Source of the DNA: Deltaproteobacteria bacterium
Lineage (GTDB): Bacteria > Myxococcota_A > UBA796 > CAJQPC01
Assembly (NCBI GenBank): GCA_016717595.1
Contig: JADKFE010000026.1
Coordinates: forward strand, 4,323-68,322
DNA length: 64,000 nt
Reading direction: 5' to 3'
The notes under the pieces were generated by a model. It made no database searches, was not told where the DNA came from, and was given only the letters and a program-made list of their open reading frames with translations. Positions 7,976-17,692 of the stretch are shown here, piece after piece. Every line of letters starts with the position of its first letter. The first letter of the stretch is position 1. The translations under genes were made by a program, and so were the position numbers.

Positions 7976-10591
7976 TCAGAGCTGGGCGGGCCCAAGCTCG
8001 ATGACCCGGCGGGCCAAGGGCTCACTCACCTGCCCGGCCAACAGCGTGTCACGCTTGAGCACCCGAACCTCACCCTCGTCGAGCTCCAGAAGCTCGATGA
8101 GCTCCTTGGGCTTGAGGAAGCGGGCCTCATGCGCCCGGGTGGTCAGCTCAACCGCCGCGCCGCCTTCTGTCTTGGTGACGGTCAACGAGGCGATCATCGG
8201 GCGCACGTCTACGGCGCGATCCTCGCGGAAGCGGCGGTGCCCACGCCGGGCCTTCACCGAGCGCTGGATGTCGAGGTTCTCGGCCTGCAGGATCGCCCAG
8301 ATGCGCGCCTCGAGCAGCTCCACGTCGGTTGAGGTGAACAAGGTGTAGGAGAAGCCCTCCACCGCCGCCATGAGCGACTGGGCGTTCAGCGGCACCTCAC
8401 GCACGTCGAGCAACAAGAAGCCGTCGGCGAGGGTGCGGCTCAGACGGTCGAAGAGCTCCCGGGGATCGACCTGCTCGCTGAGCACGATGTCCATCCAGTC
8501 GCCCGTAGAGGCCTCGCCGCAGGGCGCCGCCGTGGAGAACGTCACCTTGGGGTGGGCGTGGAAGCCCTGGGAGTACGACAGGGGCGCCCGGGCGCGGCGT
8601 AAGGTGCGCACCCACGAGTTCATCGCCTCCAGGTGCGACAAGAAGCGCGCGCCGCCGTGGCGGCCGATCCGGAAACGGAGGCGCTGAACCGACGGCGGCT
8701 CGACCACCTCCGTCTTCGGGGGGTTCTCCCAGCCCTTCTCGGCCTTGGCCCCGGCGATGCTGTTGCGCAGCATGCTCGCGCAGAGCGGGCGCTCGTGGTC
8801 GATGACGCCGCACTTGTGGCACTTGGAGTGGCGGCAGTCCTGGGCGTGCTTGAGCACAACCGCGCGCTCCCAGTCCTCGACGAACCACTCCTTGGGGATG
8901 AGGATGTCGATGTGGTCCCAGGGCAGGCGCTCGTCGAGCGCGCGCTCACGCAGGGCCCCGGCGGCGTCGTAGCCGACGTCCTCGACGGCCTTCATCCAGG
9001 CGTCAAAGTTGAGGTGTTCGCTCCAGGCGTCCATCCGCGCGCCGTTTCGCCAGGCGGCCTCGATGAGATCTCCGGCGCGGCGGTCTCCACGCGAGACGAG
9101 GCCCTCCAGGTACGTCTCCCGGGAGTTGTGGCGGCCGAACTTCACGCTGCCGTTGTTGCGGAAGCGCCCCTCCAAGATGCGCTGGCGGCGGTCGGTCTCC
9201 TCGACGTCGATCTGGGCGGCCCACTGGAACGGCGTGAAGGGCTTGGGCACGAAGGTGGACACGCCGGTGTTCACCCGCGCCCGGGGGTTGTGCGCCCGAC
9301 CCGCGCGCACGGTGCGCAGCGTCAAGTCCGCGATGGCCTCGATGTCGTCGTCACGCTCGGTGGGCAGGCCGATCATGAAGTAGAGCTTCACGTGGCCCCA
9401 GCCGCGCTTGAACGCCTCGGCGCTCATGTTGAGCAGATCCTCGTCGGGGATCCACTTGTTGATGAGCGCACGAAGGCGGGGGCTGGCGGCCTCGGGCGCG
9501 AAGGTGAGCCCGGTGCGGCGCACGTCAGCGACGCGGTCGGCGAGATCCACCGAGAACGAGTCCAAGCGCAGGCTGGGCAAGGAGACGCTCACGCGCTGCT
9601 CTTGGGCCCGGGTCACCGCGGTGTCTACGAGCGTGCGCACCTTGGAGTAGTCGCAGGTCGAGAGCGAGACGAGGCTGACCTCCTCGTAGCCGGTGTTGGC
9701 CAAGGTGCGGGTCATCAGCTCATCGACCTTCTCGATGGTGCGCTCGCGCACGGGCCGCGTGGTCATGCCCGCCTGGCAGAAGCGGCAGCCTTGGGTGCAG
9801 CCGCGCAGCACCTCCAGGCTGATGCGGTCGTGCACCTGCTGGGTGAAGGGCACGATGTAGTCCGTGGGGAAGGTCGCGCCGTTCAGATCCCGGGTGATTC
9901 GTTTGACGATCTTCGGGGCGTCCAAGGCCGGCAAGATCCGGCCGTCGGGCAGAAGCTCCATCGGGTAGAGCGACGGCACATACACCCCACGCATCCCGGC
10001 GATGCGGGCGAGGCGCGCGGCGCGGTCTAAGCCTTGGGCCTTCATCTCTTTCATGAGCTCGGCGAGCTCGACGATGGCGTCCTCGCCGTCGCCGATGACG
10101 AAGAAGTCCATGAAGGGCGCGAGCGGCTCGGGGTTAAACACCGCCGGGCCGCCGGCGAACACCAGGGGGTGCTCCTCGCCACGATCTTTGGCGCGGATCG
10201 GCACGCCGCCGAGATCGAGGATGTTGAGGATGTTCGTGTAGGTCAGCTCCGACTGCAGGGTGAAGCCCAGGCCATCGAGGCTGTGCAGCGGATCTTTGGA
10301 CTCCACGGCGAACAGCGGCAGGCCACGCTCCCGCAGGGCGTGCTCCATGTCTTGGGCCGGGGCGTAGGCGCGCTCACACCACACGCCGTCGAGCTTGTTC
10401 ACGATGGCGTAGAGGATGTGGACGCCGAGGTTCCCGAGGCCCAGATCGTAGAGATCGGGGAAGATGAGCGCCATTCGCACGGAGACCGTCGCCGGATCCT
10501 TCTGGACGGCGTTGAGCTCGGTGCCAAGGTAGCGGCTGGCCTTCTCGATGCGGGGGAAGATCTCCCGATGGAGGACGTCGCTGAGGTTCAT
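7976..10591 (-). CDS. B12-binding-domain radical SAM protein (TIGR03960-like) fused to a DUF2344 (TIGR03936-like) C-terminal domain
   Basis: The radical SAM cluster motif is CTQGCRFCQAG and the N-terminus reads RYLGTELNAV...LIFPDLYDLGLGNLG. The C-terminal part (RFRIGRHGGARFLSHLEAMNSWVRTLRRARAPLSYSQGFHAHPK) is typical of DUF2344. The start is set at ATG 10591, which is preceded by AGGAG. Confidence 0.9.
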   Translation of the reverse strand: MNLSDVLHREIFPRIEKASRYLGTELNAVQKDPATVSVRMALIFPDLYDLGLGNLGVHILYAIVNKLDGVWCERAYAPAQDMEHALRERGLPLFAVESKDPLHSLDGLGFTLQSELTYTNILNILDLGGVPIRAKDRGEEHPLVFAGGPAVFNPEPLAPFMDFFVIGDGEDAIVELAELMKEMKAQGLDRAARLARIAGMRGVYVPSLYPMELLPDGRILPALDAPKIVKRITRDLNGATFPTDYIVPFTQQVHDRISLEVLRGCTQGCRFCQAGMTTRPVRERTIEKVDELMTRTLANTGYEEVSLVSLSTCDYSKVRTLVDTAVTRAQEQRVSVSLPSLRLDSFSVDLADRVADVRRTGLTFAPEAASPRLRALINKWIPDEDLLNMSAEAFKRGWGHVKLYFMIGLPTERDDDIEAIADLTLRTVRAGRAHNPRARVNTGVSTFVPKPFTPFQWAAQIDVEETDRRQRILEGRFRNNGSVKFGRHNSRETYLEGLVSRGDRRAGDLIEAAWRNGARMDAWSEHLNFDAWMKAVEDVGYDAAGALRERALDERLPWDHIDILIPKEWFVEDWERAVVLKHAQDCRHSKCHKCGVIDHERPLCASMLRNSIAGAKAEKGWENPPKTEVVEPPSVQRLRFRIGRHGGARFLSHLEAMNSWVRTLRRARAPLSYSQGFHAHPKVTFSTAAPCGEASTGDWMDIVLSEQVDPRELFDRLSRTLADGFLLLDVREVPLNAQSLMAAVEGFSYTLFTSTDVELLEARIWAILQAENLDIQRSVKARRGHRRFREDRAVDVRPMIASLTVTKTEGGAAVELTTRAHEARFLKPKELIELLELDEGEVRVLKRDTLLAGQVSEPLARRVIELGPAQL

Positions 10592-10748
10592 GGAGGCTCC
10601 TTCTTCTGGGTCCACCGTCGGGGTGGGCGCGGGCGAGGGGTCATGGTCACCCGGTCCCCGGACCTCCGCAAGCTCGGGGTGTGTGAAAAGCACCACCTCC
10701 CCTGCCCGCTTGGCCTGCCTAGGCGCGCGTCGGTTAAGGGCTCGGCCT

Positions 10749-11327
10749 ATGCTGCGCTTACGCTCCGAGACGTCTCTGGCCTGGGTTCACCGCGCGATCG
10801 GCGCGATGGATGAGATCCTCATCGATCACGCCCACTGCGAGAAGAAGGCGGCGTCCACCGCCATCAACCTCATCTTTCGTTACCAAGACAAGCCCGCGCT
10901 GATGCGCCCGCTCTCGGAGCTCGCCCGGGAGGAGCTTGAGCACTTTGAGCAGGTGCTCGGCGTGATCAGCGCCCGCGGCGGCGAGTTTGGTCGGCAGACG
11001 CCCCCACCCTACGCCGGGGCGCTGCACAAGGCCGTGCGCGGCGAAGAGCCCGCCCGCCTCCTCGACACGCTGTTGTGCTGCGCGCTCATCGAGGCCCGAA
11101 GCTGCGAGCGCATGAAGCTGCTCTCCGAGCACCTCGCCGACGAGGATCTGGCGGCGTTCTACAAGGGTCTGCTCGCCTGTGAGGCCCGGCATCACCGGGT
11201 CTACGTCGAGCTCGCCGTCGAGCTTTTCGGCGATCGGGACGCGGTGCTGAGCCGCCTGGAGGAGCTCGCAGCGCACGAGGCCCAGGTGCTCGCCGAGCCC
11301 CTGCCCATCGCCCGGCTGCACGCCTAG
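10749..11327 (+). CDS. miaE: tRNA-(ms2io6A)-hydroxylase
   Basis: The protein shows a di-iron four-helix pattern (DHAHCEKKAAS, EELEHFEQV, LIEARSCERM, LACEARHHRVY). The start is set at ATG 10749. Confidence 0.85.
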   Translation: MLRLRSETSLAWVHRAIGAMDEILIDHAHCEKKAASTAINLIFRYQDKPALMRPLSELAREELEHFEQVLGVISARGGEFGRQTPPPYAGALHKAVRGEEPARLLDTLLCCALIEARSCERMKLLSEHLADEDLAAFYKGLLACEARHHRVYVELAVELFGDRDAVLSRLEELAAHEAQVLAEPLPIARLHA

Positions 11328-11340
11328 ACGGCGGCGAGGC

Positions 11341-12585
11341 TCAGCCGCTCTTCCCGGCGATCCAGCCGTCTCCATCGACATAGTCGATGCGGTAGATCTC
11401 CTCGAAGCTGCCGTCGGGCTGCCAGGCCACAAACTCGGCGTAGAGATCGGCCCCGGTGATCGTGACCGTCCAGAAGCCATAGAGCGGGAAGTAGGTGGGA
11501 TCGTAGGTGGCCGTGAAGCCCTCCCAGCTCCCGCGGGCCTTGGCTTTGTCGACCACGGCCTCGGGGAAGGCCTTGGCCTGGGCCTGGGCGTCAAACGCCA
11601 TCTGGAGCTTCACGTCGAAGATGGGCTCAAGCTGGATGTCGCCCATGTTCACGTCGCTGCCGTTGCCCCAGCGCTCAAGGGCCTCCGCCCCGCCGCCGCC
11701 GCCGCCCGCGCTGATGTGCGCCGAGCCCAGACGACCATCAGGCAGGAGCACCTCGCTGGTGTGGGCGTCGCCGCTGAACACCGCGCGCAGGCGCAGGAGC
11801 TTGAGGTTCTCCTCTAAGGCCTCGATCAGCTCCAAGGGCGCGCCGTCCTCGTTGCGCCCGGCGGTAGGCGCCAAAGACACGACCGGGTGGTGCATGAACG
11901 TGACGACGTGGTCGTAGCGGCCCTCGGCGGCGCGGGGGATCCAGTAGAGCTGCTCGTTCCAGCGAGAGCCGAGCTTCTGCTTGTTGGAGTCGAGGATCAC
12001 GAAGCGCCAGATGCTGTCGCCGACGCGCATGTCGAAGTGGTACCAGCTCGCCACGCGGTTGAAGCCGATGTCCACGCCCACGCCGGGGAAGGCGCCCTCG
12101 ACGCCCTTGAGCTTGCGGTCGCCGAGGTACTCGTGGTCACCGACGACGGGGATCACCGGCAGGCGGTACCCTTCGCGGGTGGGCAAGGTCTCGCCGTCGA
12201 AGACGTCGCGCCACTCGGTGTCCCAGGCCTTCCACTCCTTATCGGCGGAGTAGCGCACCTCGTCTCCGGTGAGCACCACAAACTTGAGGCTCTTGGCGTC
12301 GGCGCGGCGCTGCAGCTCGGCCTGGATGGCCTCGGTGACGCCCTCGTGCCACACGAGGCCCTCACCTTTGTCCAGAAGCGGCAGCGGCGCGCGCAGGTTG
12401 CCGACGACGGCGAAGGTGACCTGCCCCTGGGCGGTCAGCGCGTCGTCTTCGTCGGCGAAGAGCCGATGGTCGGGGATCTTCTCTTGGCTCACCGCGCAGG
12501 CGGCGAAGGCGGTGAGGCCAATGGCGGAGAGGATCAGGCGGAGGGGGAGGAGCGGGCGGAGTGTCATAGATCGCAAGCGTGCCAC
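11341..12585 (-). CDS. Metallophosphoesterase-family lipoprotein
   Basis: The protein has a lipobox (LTAFAAC) and phosphoesterase-like motifs (VLTGDEV, VVGDHEY, FMHHPV, SGDAHTSE). Confidence 0.75.
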   Translation of the reverse strand: MARLRSMTLRPLLPLRLILSAIGLTAFAACAVSQEKIPDHRLFADEDDALTAQGQVTFAVVGNLRAPLPLLDKGEGLVWHEGVTEAIQAELQRRADAKSLKFVVLTGDEVRYSADKEWKAWDTEWRDVFDGETLPTREGYRLPVIPVVGDHEYLGDRKLKGVEGAFPGVGVDIGFNRVASWYHFDMRVGDSIWRFVILDSNKQKLGSRWNEQLYWIPRAAEGRYDHVVTFMHHPVVSLAPTAGRNEDGAPLELIEALEENLKLLRLRAVFSGDAHTSEVLLPDGRLGSAHISAGGGGGGAEALERWGNGSDVNMGDIQLEPIFDVKLQMAFDAQAQAKAFPEAVVDKAKARGSWEGFTATYDPTYFPLYGFWTVTITGADLYAEFVAWQPDGSFEEIYRIDYVDGDGWIAGKSG

Positions 12586-12639
12586 CTCAGCGCCGCCGGG
12601 GCAAGGCCCGTGACGCGCCCTTGACGTGTTGAGCGGCCC

Positions 12640-14466
12640 CTACTCCACCGTCACCGACTTCGCGAGGTTGCGAGGCCGGTCGATGTCGCGGCCCAAGGCC
12701 AAGGCGGCCTGGTAGGCGAGGAGCTGCAGCGGGAGCACCGTGACGAGCGGCGTGAGCAGCGGATCCACCACGGGCACGGGCAGCGCCACGTCCGAGAGGC
12801 GCTCGGCCTCCTCGTCGCCCCGGGTGAAGATGCCGATGATGGCCGCACCCCGGGCCTTCACCTCTTGGATGTTGGAGATTGTGCGCTCGTGGTGCTCGTC
12901 TTGGGGCACGATCGCGATGACCGGCGTGCCCTTCTCCAACATCGCGATGGGGCCGTGCTTCATCTCACCCGCGGGGTAGGCCTCGCAGGGGATGTAGGCG
13001 ATCTCCTTGAGCTTGAGCGCGCCCTCCATCGCCACCGGCCAAGACACGCCGCGGCCCATAAACAAGGCGTAGCGCGCGGCGACGAGCAGGCGCACGGCCT
13101 CTTGAATCGGGCCAGGGCTGGCGAGGTACGCGCGGACGTGCTCCGGGGCCTCCATGAGCGCCCGGGCGAGGCGGCTGGCGTCGTGGGGGCTCAAGGTGCG
13201 GGTGCGCGCCAACATCAGCGTGAAGATGAACAGCGCGGTGACCTGGGAGGTGAAGGCCTTGGTAGAGGCCACGGCCACCTCGGGGCCGGAGTGGATGTAC
13301 ACCCCGGCGCCGCAGGAGCGCGCGATGCTCGATCCGACGACGTTCACCACGCCCATCACCCGCCCGCCCTTCACCTGGACCTCTTTCACGGCGCCGAGGG
13401 TGTCGGCGGTCTCGCCGGACTGGGAGATGGCGAGGTAGAGGCCGTCTGAGGCGATCACGGGGTTGCGGGCGCGGAACTCGGAGGCGATCTCCGCGCTCGA
13501 CGGCACCCGGGCGAGGCCCTCGATGGACAAGGCGCCGACGAGCCCGGCGTGAAAGCTCGTGCCGCAGCCCAAGAGCTGCACCCGCGTGAGCGCGTTCAGA
13601 TCCCGGGGGCTCATCTCAAAGCCGCCCAGGCGCGCGTTGCCCTCGTCGGGGAGCACGCGGCCGCGCAGGCAGCGGGCGATGGACTCGGGCTGCTCGTGGA
13701 TCTCCTTGAGCATGTAGTGCGCGAACTCACCCTTGCCCTCGACGCCGTAGACGGGCTCAAGCTCCTCGACGGTGTGGGGCGCGGCGCGGCCGCCGGTGAT
13801 GCGTAAGGTGGCGACGTCATCGGCCTTCACGACCGCGAGCTCGCCGTCCTCCAGGTAGATCACCCGGCGGGTGTACCGAACGAGGGCGTGGGAGTCCGAC
13901 GCGATGAAGTTCTCCCCTTCGCCCAGACCCACGACCAGGGGCGAGCCGTTTCGGGCGGCGAGGATGAGGTCGGGGTGGTCGGCGAAGACGACAGCGACGC
14001 CGTAGGTGCCGCGCACCTCTCCCAAGGCCCGGCGCAGGGCCTCGACGGGGTCGCCGTTGTAGAACTTGTGGATGAGGTGGGGCAACACCTCGGTGTCCGT
14101 GTCGGAGCGGAACACCACACCTTCGGCCTCGAGGTTGCGCCGAATGACCGAGTGGTTGTCGAGGATGCCGTTGTGGGCGACGGCGACGCGGCGCTCGGTG
14201 TCGGCGTGGGGGTGGGCGTTGGCCCGGGTGACGCCGCCGTGGGTGGCCCAGCGGGTGTGCGCGATGCCGACGTGGCCGGAGGTGCGCTCGGGCATCGTCG
14301 CGGCAAGATTGGACACCTGACCAACTTCACGGCGAATCGTGAGGGCGTCCCCCTCTAAGATCGCGACGCCCGCGCTGTCATAGCCGCGGTACTCCAGGCG
14401 CCGAAGGCCGTCCATCAGCACCGGACCCGCGTCGCGGGGGCCCACATATCCGACGATTCCACACAT
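12640..14466 (-). CDS. glmS: Glutamine--fructose-6-phosphate aminotransferase (isomerizing)
   Basis: The N-terminal nucleophile reads MCGIVGYVG. Two SIS domains are present and the C-terminus is the conserved ...NLAKSVTVE. Confidence 0.97.
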   Translation of the reverse strand: MCGIVGYVGPRDAGPVLMDGLRRLEYRGYDSAGVAILEGDALTIRREVGQVSNLAATMPERTSGHVGIAHTRWATHGGVTRANAHPHADTERRVAVAHNGILDNHSVIRRNLEAEGVVFRSDTDTEVLPHLIHKFYNGDPVEALRRALGEVRGTYGVAVVFADHPDLILAARNGSPLVVGLGEGENFIASDSHALVRYTRRVIYLEDGELAVVKADDVATLRITGGRAAPHTVEELEPVYGVEGKGEFAHYMLKEIHEQPESIARCLRGRVLPDEGNARLGGFEMSPRDLNALTRVQLLGCGTSFHAGLVGALSIEGLARVPSSAEIASEFRARNPVIASDGLYLAISQSGETADTLGAVKEVQVKGGRVMGVVNVVGSSIARSCGAGVYIHSGPEVAVASTKAFTSQVTALFIFTLMLARTRTLSPHDASRLARALMEAPEHVRAYLASPGPIQEAVRLLVAARYALFMGRGVSWPVAMEGALKLKEIAYIPCEAYPAGEMKHGPIAMLEKGTPVIAIVPQDEHHERTISNIQEVKARGAAIIGIFTRGDEEAERLSDVALPVPVVDPLLTPLVTVLPLQLLAYQAALALGRDIDRPRNLAKSVTVE

Positions 14467-14535
14467 GGAGACGCTCCACGCCGGGGGAGCGCCCGGCCAC
14501 GATGAGGGGAGAGAGTCGGCACCCGCGCCCGCGGA

Positions 14536-16341
14536 TCACCGCGCCGCGGCCGCTGAGCGCAGCTCCTCCTCCAGCTTGTCAATGTCGCCGGGAACGTAGC
14601 CCTGGTGAAACGCCAGGACCACCCCACCCGGACCGAGCACCCAAGTGGACGGGATGCCGGTCACCTTCGCCTCTCGGGCCAGGGCGGGATCGCGGCCGAT
14701 GATGAGCTGGTTGAGCTCTCGGTTGGTGAGCCAGCGGGTGTAGTCGCGCTCTTGTTCATCCACGGAGATCGCGACGATCTTCACCGGGATGCCTTGGGCG
14801 GCCAGCCTTCCGGCGAGCTTGTCGAGCTCGGGCAGCTCCGCCGCGCAGGGCACACACCAGCTCGCCCAGAAGGCCACGACGATCAGGGGCTCGGCGTTGA
14901 GATCGACCGCGCCTTGGCGGGTCTGAACGGCGCGCACCGGGAAACGAGGCGCGGCGCTCACCGTGGATGGGACCGGCGCGGCGCTGGGCTTGGGCCAGGC
15001 CCCGACGACGTCCGCCGCGCTCGCGGGGCCGGCGTAGAGGCGGTTGAGGCGCTCCTCCATCCCGGTGACGCCGAGGCTCGCGGCGAAGGCGTAGGTCGTG
15101 AACGCCGCGACGGGATCGCCGAGCTGCTCCAGAAGCTCACCCCGCAGCACCCAGACCTCGGCGGCGGCCCCCGCGTCGGTGGCGGCGACGGCGGCGGCGA
15201 GGGCGCCCTCGAGATCCCCAGCGCGGCGCAGGGCCCTGGCCTCGATGAGCCAGGTCTCGACGCGGAGCTGCTGGTCGTGTGGGAGCTCATCGGGCATCGC
15301 GGCGCGGCGGAGGCTCAGGGCGCGGGCGCGGCGGGCCAAGGCGATCAGCTCCTCAGGGGGCGCGCCGACACGCTCCAAGGCCGCGGCGCCCTCGATCAGC
15401 AGCTCAGCGCTGAGCGCGGGGCTCTGAATCGCCTGGCGCCAGACCTCCGCGGCGCGCTCGTGGCGCCCCCGACGACCGAGCTCTCGGGCGGTGGCGGCGA
15501 GCACCCGGGCGCGCTCGGCCTCGGTGCCGCCAGGCGGCGGCGCAGGGGTGGACTGCAGGGCGAGCAGGCGGCCGAGATCGCGGATCATGTCCGAGGTCCA
15601 CGGCGCGCGGCTCGGCAGCGCCCACACCTCGCCGAGCTGCACGAGGCGCGCGGCGGCGGCGGCGGCGAGGGGCTCGTCTTGGGCGGTGAGGAACAAGGTG
15701 TGCGCCCGGTACGCGGCCAGCGCGTCGGCTTGCTCAAGGCTCGCGGCGGCGGCGTCGAGCACCCCCCAGCGCGCGGTCTTGAGGGCGAGGCTCTCCGCGC
15801 GCCAGAGCGCCCCGCTGAGATCGACCCGCTCGGGCCAACGTCCCGTGGCGTCCCGCACCTCGCGGCGCAGGCCCCCGGTGTCGCCGAGCGCGATCAGCGC
15901 CTCGATCCGAAGGGCGCTGGCCTCGGGGCTCACCACGCCGTCCAAGGCCTTGAGGGCCTGTTTGGCGGCGCCTCGACCCAACGCGAGGTCGGCGGTGACC
16001 AGCCCGATGGCCTCAACCCTCGCGCCCTCGGCCCCGACGAGCTCCGTGCCGCTGCGTAAGGAGCGCCAGCCCGCCGCCATCAGCCGAAGATCGGCGTCCG
16101 CGGAGCCCGCGAGGGCCTCGTACTCGGCGTCTAACCACCAGGTCGCGCCGAGGCGCTCAAGCTCCGCTTGCCAAGCGCGGTGGGCGCGCCAGTCGGTTGG
16201 ATCGGCCTTGAGGGCGTCTCCGGCGAGGGCCCAGGCGCCGAGGCTGTCTCCCGCCGTGCGCGCCGCGTGGTACCGCGCCAGGGGCAGATCCGCGGGCCCG
16301 GCCAGCGCGCTCCACACGCCCGTGAGCAGCGTGAGGATCAT
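14536..16341 (-). CDS. TPR-repeat protein with a C-terminal TlpA-like thioredoxin-fold (thiol:disulfide oxidoreductase) domain
   Basis: A signal peptide is followed by a long Ala/Leu-rich TPR-like region. The C-terminal domain reads VVAFWASWCVPCAAELPELDKL...ISVDE, with a CxxC active site. Confidence 0.85.
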   Translation of the reverse strand: MILTLLTGVWSALAGPADLPLARYHAARTAGDSLGAWALAGDALKADPTDWRAHRAWQAELERLGATWWLDAEYEALAGSADADLRLMAAGWRSLRSGTELVGAEGARVEAIGLVTADLALGRGAAKQALKALDGVVSPEASALRIEALIALGDTGGLRREVRDATGRWPERVDLSGALWRAESLALKTARWGVLDAAAASLEQADALAAYRAHTLFLTAQDEPLAAAAAARLVQLGEVWALPSRAPWTSDMIRDLGRLLALQSTPAPPPGGTEAERARVLAATARELGRRGRHERAAEVWRQAIQSPALSAELLIEGAAALERVGAPPEELIALARRARALSLRRAAMPDELPHDQQLRVETWLIEARALRRAGDLEGALAAAVAATDAGAAAEVWVLRGELLEQLGDPVAAFTTYAFAASLGVTGMEERLNRLYAGPASAADVVGAWPKPSAAPVPSTVSAAPRFPVRAVQTRQGAVDLNAEPLIVVAFWASWCVPCAAELPELDKLAGRLAAQGIPVKIVAISVDEQERDYTRWLTNRELNQLIIGRDPALAREAKVTGIPSTWVLGPGGVVLAFHQGYVPGDIDKLEEELRSAAAAR

Positions 16342-16628
16342 TCGATGGGGAAGTAGAGGTCGAGCTGGGACGGCGGCGCGCCACGAAGCTCACCCCCGGC
16401 GCTGCGCGCCACCACACGGAGAAGGCAGCAGCCGAGGATCGCGTCGCGATGCTCCAGGCGCTCGATGAGCGTCTCGTAGTGGGGCGCCATGGCGAGCTGC
16501 ACACCTTCAGCGGGGGCGCCGATCACCCTCACCCGCCCGCGGTTTCGGCCGACGCGGCTCTCGCGGTGAAGCTCGATGCGCTCGGGGCGAACGAGCTCAA
16601 GGCCGGAGATGAGGCGCAGGGCGGGCAC
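16338..16628 (-). CDS. Degenerate HATPase_c-like fragment (possibly the 3' part of a frameshifted or split minimal histidine kinase)
   Basis: The C-terminus AILGCCLLRVVARSAGGELRGAPPSQLDLYFP resembles the G2-box end of histidine kinase ATPase domains. The stop overlaps the next gene's start (ATGA at 16338-16341). The frame is open up to 16652, overlapping the end of the HisKA ORF. Confidence 0.4.
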   Translation of the reverse strand: MPALRLISGLELVRPERIELHRESRVGRNRGRVRVIGAPAEGVQLAMAPHYETLIERLEHRDAILGCCLLRVVARSAGGELRGAPPSQLDLYFPIE

Positions 16629-16644
16629 GGAGATCGGGCCGAGC

Positions 16645-16965
16645 TCACCCGGTCACCGGCACGCCGAGGGTCTGGGGGATCAGCTCCGCGAGGTCCACCA
16701 CCTCAGGCGCCACGAGGATGTTCACCTCGTCGTAACGGCTCACGATCTGGGTGAGGCGCTCAAGGCTGCGCGTGAGGCCGGCTGGGACGCTGTCGCCGTC
16801 CATCGCGGCGAGCTCGACCCAGCCCATCACGCCCATGACCGAGCCGCGCACGTCATGGGAGAAGGTGCGGAGCAGCAGCTCACGCAGGAGCGTCTCGCGG
16901 CACTCCGCGCGAACATCAGGTCTGAACAACAGTTCCGAGAGCATGGTTGACTTCATATCAGACAT
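16645..16965 (-). CDS. HisKA (dimerisation/phosphoacceptor) domain protein with no ATPase domain in the same frame
   Basis: The H-box reads LLLRTFSHDVRGSVMGVMGWVELA. The start is ATG 16965. The ORF ends at TGA 16647-16645, immediately after a GGG run. Confidence 0.6.
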   Translation of the reverse strand: MSDMKSTMLSELLFRPDVRAECRETLLRELLLRTFSHDVRGSVMGVMGWVELAAMDGDSVPAGLTRSLERLTQIVSRYDEVNILVAPEVVDLAELIPQTLGVPVTG

Positions 16966-16978
16966 GGGCCTCTCAAGT

Positions 16979-17461
16979 CTATGCGACGCGGGGGCGGTCC
17001 CGAAGACGCCGCAGCGCGGGCTCAGGCAGGTATCGAGAGACGTCCCCGCCCATCGCCGCGATCTCTTTGACGAGGCTGGAGGAGACGAAGAGGAGCTGCG
17101 GGTCGGTGAGCAAGAAGATGGTCTCGAGCTCCGGCGCCATGTCGCGGTTGGCGAGGCCGATGCGCAGCTCAAAGTCGAAGTCGGAGGCCACACGCAGCCC
17201 CCGAAGGATCACCTTCACGCCGTGCTCCTGGCAGAAGTGGATGAGCAGGCCTGAGAACGGCATCACCGTGACCCCAGGGAGGTCCGCGACGCTCTCGCGG
17301 AGGATGTCGAGGCGCTCATCGAGGCCAAACAGCGTGCGTTTGTTGACGTTGTGGCCGCAGGCCACGATGACCTCGTCGAACATCTGACGCCCGCGCCGCA
17401 CGAGGTCGAGGTGCCCGAGGGTCATCGGATCGAAGCTGCCCGCCAACACCGCCTTCATCAC
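16979..17461 (-). CDS. coaD: Phosphopantetheine adenylyltransferase
   Basis: The motif AVLAGSFDPMTLGHLDLV is present, and the length (160 aa) and overall sequence are typical of CoaD. Confidence 0.95.
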   Translation of the reverse strand: MMKAVLAGSFDPMTLGHLDLVRRGRQMFDEVIVACGHNVNKRTLFGLDERLDILRESVADLPGVTVMPFSGLLIHFCQEHGVKVILRGLRVASDFDFELRIGLANRDMAPELETIFLLTDPQLLFVSSSLVKEIAAMGGDVSRYLPEPALRRLRDRPRVA

Positions 17462-17692
17462 CCGCCTCCGCTGTCGCTGCTGTCAACGCCTTGGTCGTTG
17501 GGTCAAGGATAGACCGGACCACTCGCTGAATCCTCTCCCGCTGGCTCACCGCCCCCAGAGCGCCGTGCAGGACGGCCCCCAAGTCATCTTACGCCTTCGG
17601 AAAACGAAGAACAAGCGCCCATGGGCGAAGGCGCGGCCCGAGGCATGACGCGCGTCATTGGGGGCGCCCGTGAGACGCGCGCTTCGCCGCGA

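Noticed and set aside
8633-10030. 465-aa plus-strand ORF inside the radical SAM gene
   Set aside because: It is an antisense shadow ORF. The minus strand carries the CxxxCxxC radical SAM motif and a full-length family match.
14605-16059. 484-aa plus-strand ORF opposite the TPR/TlpA-like gene
   Set aside because: The composition is an Arg/Gly/Ala-rich antisense shadow. The minus-strand frame ends in a canonical thioredoxin-fold CxxC domain.
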